The notes under the pieces were generated by a model. The model was given only the letters and a program-made list of their open reading frames with translations, was not told the DNA's origin and ran no database searches. From Yuukianura sp. NJ FZ-2021 (Eukaryota), in the NCBI GenBank assembly GCA_046563655.1, contig CM102287.1, positions 4,712,001-4,776,000 of the forward strand: a DNA stretch of 64,000 bases, given 5' to 3'. The translations under genes and the position numbers were made by a program. This document shows positions 56,701 to 64,000 of this stretch, one piece after another (the stretch's first letter is position 1; each line of letters opens with the position of its first letter).

Positions 56701-58108
56701 TTTGGCAAACCAGACTAACGATAAGATTCAGTACGGATGTTTGATAGGAGGAAGCACATCCAAAGTCTTTTCGGTACGAAAACATAACTTAATGAATAAT
56801 ATGAGATGTTTTATTTACTATAATATAATATTTATTATTATATTATAATAATTGACCTGATTGATCAGAATTCGACTTCGGACGAGAAGAAGAGAATGTG
56901 GGAGAACATGAGCAATAAGTGGAAGGACGCTATGAAGCTCACAAATAATGAGGGCATTGACGCCGTCAGGGTATGAAATTTCCAAAATACAATTTTAATT
57001 CGAGTTTCAAAAAAAAATTGAAAAAAGAAAGTTTTAAAAAATCGTTAAACTACTTTTTGAAATGCTCACAGAGTATAAGCTTAGCTTTACGAATGTGAAT
57101 TATTTTTGAGTTTAGGAAAGCAAAGGGAAATATGCGTTCTTCATGGAGAGCACGAGTAAGTTTGAATTACCTCGAATTGACTGCTATTTAAAATAGTAAG
57201 TAACCGATTAATTAATTTAATCGATTATTTTCATTTCATTAGTAATCGAGTACAACATGGAGAGAAAGTGTAACTTGGCCCAAGTGGGGGGACTAATCGA
57301 CAACAAGGGATATGGCATAGCACTCAAGAAAGGTTTTCACTTTGACTTTTGAATTTTAATGTTTGAATTATATTTTTTATTTTATATAATATTTTATATC
57401 ACAGAATCTCCGTACATGGATCTATTCAATGGAGCTGTGCTCAAGTTACAGGAAAATGGAAAATTGGATGAACTCAAAAGGAAGTGGTGGAAGGAGCAGA
57501 GGAAAGAACAAGCAGAGACTTGCCCAGTAACATTTCAATTCTTACAAAATTTTTACAAAATTTTTTAAAATTTTGAACTCTTGTTTTTGATTTTTGTGAA
57601 TTCATTCTCATAGACCGCCAGTGTGAGTGATGCAGTCAAACCTCTTCAGCTTGCCAACGTTGGAGGTTAGATTCTAAAAAAATTAAACATTTTTAGTGAA
57701 AGCTCGACGTTTTAAAAGTATTTTTTGAAAAGGTGTTTTCGTGGTGCTGGTCGTTGGTTGCATTGCCTCTGTGTTCATCACTTGTTTTGAAGTTTGGCTG
57801 CACTCGAAATTTGATCGTCGTGACCTCCATGACCTCCAAGGGGTACGCCCTTGAATTCCATTTTTCGAATTTCCAATGTCACCAAGTTTTTTTTCAAGTT
57901 CAGTGTAACATTTTTTTTTCCAAAATTTCAGGATTCTCGAATTCGTGAAATCTTGAAGGACCTTCAATTTGCGCTGCAGTGTCGCGGAAATGTGAAACCA
58001 GTTCGGAAAAAGTCCGATTCCACCAGGCCAAGTATTGGAAACAGCAAAGAAGAACTTGGCAGTACACCGTACATGAAGTACGCAAGCAACAAATCACTAG
58101 CTGACTAA
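53708..58108 (+). CDS. Ionotropic glutamate receptor subunit, kainate-type (GluK-like), ~932 aa
   Basis: 20 GT-AG exons in continuous frame: 53708-53828, 53903-54058, 54145-54329, 54403-54563, 54633-54969, 55045-55197, 55283-55375, 55464-55619, 55695-55943, 56023-56174, 56247-56384, 56472-56565, 56663-56773, 56869-56970, 57116-57155, 57243-57332, 57405-57526, 57614-57665, 57733-57842, 57932-58108. Signal peptide; ATD (IGGLF, GVFGPQS, DIPHIETRWD); S1 (ADLTITEER, VDFTMPFMNLGVSIL); M1; SPLEWDNPLPC; M2 (WFTLGSIMQQGSD); M3 (WWFFTLIIVSSYTANLATFL); S2 (GST, YAFFMEST, GYGIA, LKRKWW); M4 (NVGGVFVVL). Confidence 0.95.
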
Positions 58109-58466
58109 AGTTTAGGAACTTAATACTTATAAACTTTTAGTTGAATTAAATATTTAAAAGGTAACCTAGAAAAGTAATTTAAGTACGAACTGGATACTGA
58201 GAGTAATTAAATATGTAATTTATCAAACCCACGTCAAATAAACAATAAATTAGTCAAGTCTAATGACAATAATTATAATAATCTAATAAAGTATATATAA
58301 ATACGTAGGATAAATTTAAATCTCGTACACAATTAACTTTGCTCCCCATTTTGGAACCTAGTTTCGAAGTGTTGCTCTTCAATTTGAACTTACTCTTCAA
58401 TCTTTCTAATCTTGGTTTCCGGATTATCAACGGCAGTCCTCATTTTTTTTCCAGGAGTTTACAAGT

Positions 58467-59866
58467 TCATGCCGAAGGCTCTGCTTTGATTGGAGATTTT
58501 CTGGAGTCTCTGCAAAACATCTGAAATTGAGAATTTAATTAGTTAGAAAAAAATATAGCAAATAGTAATTAGTAAATTATAAGTCCAGGAATTGTGAACT
58601 TGCTTGATGTGTCGGCCAGTCTTTTCTTTGACAAAAGGCAGAACAGTATCGAACCCCCTGGCATCCGGAACACTCCAAGCTTCCATCTCTGCCACAATTC
58701 TCACACTGGACACAAAAAAGTTAATAAGAAGGAGAGTTCAACGTAAAAACAGCGATTAATTGCTAACCTTAGAGACGCATATTGTTTGTGGAGTGCCGGA
58801 AGGCTTATAGTTGTCGGGCGTCACGAGCTCAATTGTGTAAGTTTGAATTCTGTTGGAATCAAAGACACGAACGACTTGCGACTCTGAGGCTGCCACAACT
58901 TGATTTTGGATTAGCGTCGATCCAATAATGGAATTTTGAAGTTGAACTTTGAGTTGTTCTGCTTCTTGATTTGTACGTTCCTTAATTTCCTTCAAATAGG
59001 CCTTCAAATTCACAGCGGCAGAGAAGATTCCATCGACGGCCTGGAAATACAAAATACTGGAATTTAGCACCAATTTCCCTTGGAAAGAAAATCTATTTGG
59101 CTTGCTATCGAATGATTTATGTGGATACCTCTTCGACGGTTTGCCAAGCTTCTTTGGTTGCGGGCGGAAGTGTGACTTGAGAAACTTTTAGTAGTGAGTC
59201 GGCCAGTGAGCCAAAACTTGAATCCAAGGCAGTCGTGGACATGGACGGATTTGAAGAGGCATCAGAAGAGCCGTCCTCCATCTTCATTACTTTGTTATTG
59301 GTCTGCTTGTGTCTATCGTCACGTTCACCGGCTACATATTTGCGTTTCCGTTGATAAGGCGTAAAGTGTCGGACGGGAGCAGACTGGAATCAACACATCA
59401 GGATGTGAAGTTACTAAAAGGAAAGTTTTTGCAAATGAGGACTTACGGCTGACGCATCGTCAACACAAATTGAACAAATGCAACTCATAGCATGAGGAAC
59501 GAGGAATCCTTTTTGAATCAGCGTTTGAAGCGTTCGTCCTCCGAATCGAATCGATCGCTTCCAGTCCTTGCTACTGCCTCGACCGCAATGAGCTTCAAAT
59601 TCCGTTGGGGTAAACCAGTCTGACCCAAGTTTAATACACTTCCCCTTATTTCCAGATCCGAATTTGTCTTTGTAGAATTCAGCGTTCGTAATCTTGCAGC
59701 GTACAGGTAGCATGGTTGCTGATGCAGCGTCTTCCAAGCTCATCCTTTGTCCTGGTCGAGTGTCCTCCTCATACTCCAAAATGTCAACACCAGTTTCTTG
59801 CGTAGTTGGCGACGTTCCAGCTGATTGTGGTTTTTGACGGTGACCTTTGCCCTGTGGTGGTGACAT
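58467..59866 (-). CDS. Deaf1: Deformed epidermal autoregulatory factor 1 (SAND domain, coiled coil, MYND finger), ~367 aa
   Basis: Coding exons 59866-59447, 59383-59129, 59040-58768, 58705-58604, 58520-58467. SAND domain with the KDWK motif ([27 protein letters not shown]), DEAF1-type [11 protein letters not shown] and [28 protein letters not shown]...[19 protein letters not shown] probable 5'-UTR exon lies at ~60062-60003. The last intron is GC-AG. Confidence 0.93.
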
Positions 59867-60297
59867 TACGCCGCTTCCGGTACCATTCTAAAAACAAAAC
59901 AGAAGTCGTAAATCAAAAACAAATATTCGACAATTCCTGTCAAAGTCAATGTAAATTACAGTGTTTGAATTTAAAACAATGAATTGTTTTTCAGAAACTC
60001 ACCGTTTTCACTGTCGCTACTATACCGGAAACGCTGGGTGGTTGACACGTTCAGAGGCAGTCCTGCTAGGAGAAATTAATTAAATTCAGCAATTACCCGC
60101 AACCCACGTCGGCAGCACAGCAGCTGATTCACGAAATCCACAACATGAAAATGAAATTGTTTCTTTTTCTTTTTTTATTCCTTTTTTTTTTATACAGAAT
60201 CTCATTCTGCCCCCAATGTCTCATCCAATTTGAATTTTCACGCGGGAAAACAATGTATTGCTTGTTTTTGTGGTGGAAGTAACGATTAACGAACGTC

Positions 60298-60492
60298 ATT
60301 GTAGCCAAATAGTGTGATTGAGATCCCTCCACTCTGATATTTTTGGTGGCTACAATGGTTGGCTACACCTGAGTGGCAACTTAAGTGACCACTTTATCCT
60401 TAAACTTGCAACATCAGTTGCCGTACATTGTAACCAGCCATTATAGCCATTAAAAATGACGAAGTGGCTACGGCTACACTGTGCGGCTACAT
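60298..60492. repeat. ~195 bp palindromic element built from TGTAGCC/GGCTACA motifs (MITE-like)
   Basis: Nested inverted repeats: TGTAGCC..AGTGT at the left end vs ACACT..GGCTACA at the right; TGGCTACAATGGTTGGCTACA vs TGTAACCAGCCATTATAGCCA; GGCAACT vs AGTTGCC. TSD not evident. Confidence 0.55.
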
Positions 60493-60568
60493 TAAATATC
60501 GTTAGACCGTACCGCAACCGTGTTGGTTATCCGTTATCCCTATCCAAAATCCGTCGGAATTTTCTCAA

Positions 60569-60589
60569 GCGGAACCGGAAGCGGAAGTG
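60569..60589. promoter_or_regulatory. Tandem ETS-type motifs (GCGGAACCGGAAGCGGAAGTG), candidate DEAF1 promoter element
   Basis: Three CGGAA cores in 21 bp between the MKK4 3' end and the DEAF1 5' exon. Confidence 0.35.
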
Positions 60590-60944
60590 AAAGCATTCCT
60601 TGATTAATTAGGTAATCAAGTTGAATTAATCAATTAAGAAGTGATTAAACGGGCCATACCGTTTAACGGGCCATAGCCAAGTCGAGGCGACATGACAATG
60701 GAGGTGTTCTTATGTTTCGATATCTCAGGTAAGGAGTCTCTCTCGTTCTTCGTTCGTATCTTTGGCTAAGCACTTGCTAGCGCCCGCCACCTTACTTTGA
60801 TACCTGCGCCTAACTGGCAACAAACGATGTAAATCCCTAGAGTTAAGTTTATTATAAATCTGTAAGCAGTGTCAACATTATTTATGCATCATGCTTCTTC
60901 TGGAAACGCAGCCATTCCGGTGATTGCTGCCTCGGAACAAGTGA

Positions 60945-63174
60945 CTAGTCATCCAGAAGGGCCAAGTCCTCAAGTCTCTGCTGCAGCGAGGGACCCATTG
61001 CATCAAATACGTACGAAAAGTACCCCTTGACGTCAACTTTCTCGGTGGCAGATCGCTTCAGGAAGGGGTGCTGAAGCAGGCGGGCGTACTTGGGGCGTTC
61101 TATCTCACGCTTGATTAGGCTGTTTTAGGTAACAGCAAACAAAAACATATTAGGAACTATTGGACATTTAAAGAAAGATTTGTTGATCTTGGCTGGAGTC
61201 TTACCAGGTATTGACGAAATTAACAAATTCAGGCGAGAATGTGAATCCATGGGTTCTGGTAGTAAGACGCGGGGGATCTCCTGCAAGTTTTTAGAAAATT
61301 ATGATTCTGATTCGATTTTGTTTAAAACAGGATTCGATGTGTTGACGTACCTTGAACTACTTGGCTCAATTGCTCAAATATGGAGTTCCACTTGGGGTAT
61401 GGGAAGACGCCTGTTGACACTTCGAACAGAGTAATTCCCAGCGACCAGACGTCAGATCTGATGTCATACCCTGTAGCAGAAGACGGGTCAATTCGCTCGG
61501 GCTGGAAAAAATCAACAGTAAAGGTCAGTTGAGAAATTCGTCAACTTTATCCTAGGATTAGTCACTTTTCACTTAAGTGCTTATGCTTATGCTTACGGCC
61601 ATGTATGGTCTGCATCCGGCATCACGACTCTGCGCAATAGAATCCACCAGTTGCCCAGAAATCCCGAAATCGCAGAGCTTAATATGGCCTTCCCGGTTTA
61701 GCAAAATATTCGAGGGCTTAACATCCCTAGAGCACAGAAACGAGAAATCAATTAATAGCCAGTTACCAATTACTGGCAGAAAAGTAATTGTGCCGCCAAA
61801 ACCTTACCGGTGAATAATCCTCAGTTCTTCTTTCAAGTAGCTCAAAGCCCGGACCGTCTGTCGGAAAAATCAAAGTTTAGCTACCGATTTGACTAAAACG
61901 TTTTAAAACGTTTTCAGCAAGACTACTTACCACGAGCGCGATTTTCCCAATTATGTTCTCTGGTATGCGGTCGCCCATCTTCCGGTAGACGTACTTGTAG
62001 AACTGCTCCAATGAAGAGTCCATCAATTCCATACAGATCCAGCAGTCTCCCTCCTTGAATACTGCACCATAGAACTATCCAAAACGATATTAGAATCTTA
62101 TTAAGCATAACGATTTAAAGCATCAACCACATTGAGAATCCCGGTTTCTGTCGTTTTCTTACCCCAACAATAACTGGACACGAATTGGACCTAAAATATT
62201 ATTGCAACATTCAGTTTATAAACCAAAGATCAGCATTGCGAAACTAAAAGTCATCAAATGTTGTAAAATTACTTCATGACGACTTCCAAATCCATCATAA
62301 GCTTCTTCTGTTCACGCTCGTCCACGGTACACCGAATTCGCTGAAAATGAAATGAAGTTGATTCAGCAAAGGTCAAAGGTCATGATTAAGAAACGCTTGT
62401 TAGACTGTCCCTGACCTTGACAGCAATGGCTGTGGACGATCGTTTGTGGAACATTTTGTTCACCGTGCCATAAGCGCCTCTCCCGATCTCTCCCAAGTCT
62501 GAAAATTTAAAGCAATTTGACAAGTTTAGTTCTTTTGAAAGTTATTCAAAGTTTTTTCCAAAATGATTCAAAAAGTTTTATGATTTGCTCCATTAGGTTC
62601 ATTAGATTTGTCCTTTCATGTTTCACTAACCCTCCAAATCATCCGCCGTAAAATCAAAAGTCAATTCTGGTGAAATTTTCAATTTTCCGGAACTATGCAG
62701 TCCAGAATTTGCTCGAAACTGGTCACTAACAATGAAAAATGAAGACGTTTTATGCCCGGAATCTATTCATCGGTTTGATTTAGCAAATTAGTTGATCAAC
62801 TAACGATTGATCGTACGTACATTTGTGTCACGCTGTTTGAACTGCCTGGCCCCAATCGTTCTTGGGCTATCGGTATAGGCTGAAGAGGAGGAACGAATTG
62901 TCTCGGACTCGTATCTGAACTGGCTTCTCCCACTGGACCAAAGTAGCTCGAGTCAAAGTTCAGTCTTAGTCCATTACGCAGATCTAAAATTAATCACATG
63001 ATCAATTAGTTAACTTCAAGCTCAATTAGCACCCAACCTTCATTCTATGGATATTGAATGTTCGCTTCCGTAACGTTTCATAATCGTTCAACATAACGTT
63101 AAAAATTCCAATTTGATCTTACTTGCGCCCAGTGCAGGATTGCTAGGATTAAAAGACGTTGGCCGTTCTGCCAT
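60945..63174 (-). CDS. Mkk4: Dual-specificity MAP kinase kinase 4 (JNK/p38 activator), ~404 aa
   Basis: 12 exons in frame: 63174-63123, 62983-62821, 62725-62631, 62498-62416, 62340-62273, 62190-62163, 62074-61931, 61857-61808, 61726-61597, 61501-61351, 61280-61205, 61119-60945. D-site-like [12 protein letters not shown]4-typical [89 protein letters not shown]. Confidence 0.95.
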
Positions 63175-64000
63175 GATTGGTGAATTAAGTGTTAGTCAAT
63201 TGGGGAACTACAGTTAGCTAATAAGAGTTAACCTGGACATTAATTACGTATTAACTAATCTAATCAATTCAACAACTAAACAATTAAATCTGCCTAGATT
63301 TATTTGTCTATTTTGTAAATCAAAATTTTAAAAAGTGATTTTGATTTTTTTGAAAAGTGAATAGAATTTCTGCCTATTCTTAATTTATGTTTGCTCAAGT
63401 TTTCCGCCACTCAATTTTTTTCTGTTTCTCCCCTGCCTTTGTCTGCTGCTCCCTTTAGTTTTTTTAGTATTTTTATTTTTTTTGCTCCTTGTTTACTTTC
63501 TTGTTCCAGCAGCGACAAGTCCTTTTAAGTTTCTGTGTTAATTGTCAATTACTAAAGCTTAATTGTGATTGGTGATTTGGATTTATTAAGTTGTGTGGGA
63601 GGTGGATACGCGTGACTAGTCGTGGCGTCGGTGGCAAAGGTCAAGGGTCATTGCATCTGACTTTATAGTTCGTATTTTGGTGCTCTTCGTTTCTTTAGTA
63701 AGATGCGGAGCTTCCGTGCAGATTATGCGTAGAAATCAGCTGAACAACTTTGGTGTCAGCCTTGTATCGTATTGATTTCCTCTGGCTGTCGCCTTTCTGA
63801 CTTTGCTTCTGCTAGATTCTAAAATTCTGTTCAAATTAAAAAAAGTGACATTTAAAAAGTCAGATTTTAAAGATAAGGAAGTTGAAGCTGTTGACTAATT
63901 TAGTATTTGTTTGTGGTTTGTCTTGCAGTTTTGAAAAATCAGTTCCAGCAAGGTGGAGGACTCTAGGGTGTACTTGAACCATCATGGGAGGGTAAGGATG

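Noticed and set aside
63038..63044. Possible 7-nt microexon in MKK4 intron 1
   Set aside because: Inclusion creates an immediate stop; the flanking exons already join in frame.

Overview
AT-rich eukaryotic DNA from an animal, most likely an arthropod judging by the gene sequences; the species cannot be identified. Four intron-rich genes were reconstructed by hand with consistent splice phases: a class III POU gene (vvl/drifter orthologue, +, 22004-24146, 6 coding exons); a kainate-type ionotropic glutamate receptor (+, 53708-58108, 20 exons); DEAF1 (-, 58467-59866, SAND + MYND); and MKK4/MAP2K4 (-, 60945-63174, 12 exons). The POU gene sits alone in about 50 kb of non-coding DNA. That region holds a foldback-like element, a PIF/Harbinger-type MITE, minisatellites and candidate regulatory motifs (DR1, a perfect IR1/EcRE, Blimp-1-like and GGGCCC clusters). 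The main highlights are: (1) the receptor genomically encodes SYTANLATF, the 'lurcher' gate substitution, plus a shortened S1 loop; (2) the POU gene has five CDS introns, an in-frame post-stop extension and a candidate 3'-UTR intron, suggesting stop-codon readthrough; (3) a possible divergent spliced transcript with a small ORF; (4) a GC-AG intron needed to complete the DEAF1 MYND finger. No database searches were run; family calls rest on recognised motifs.
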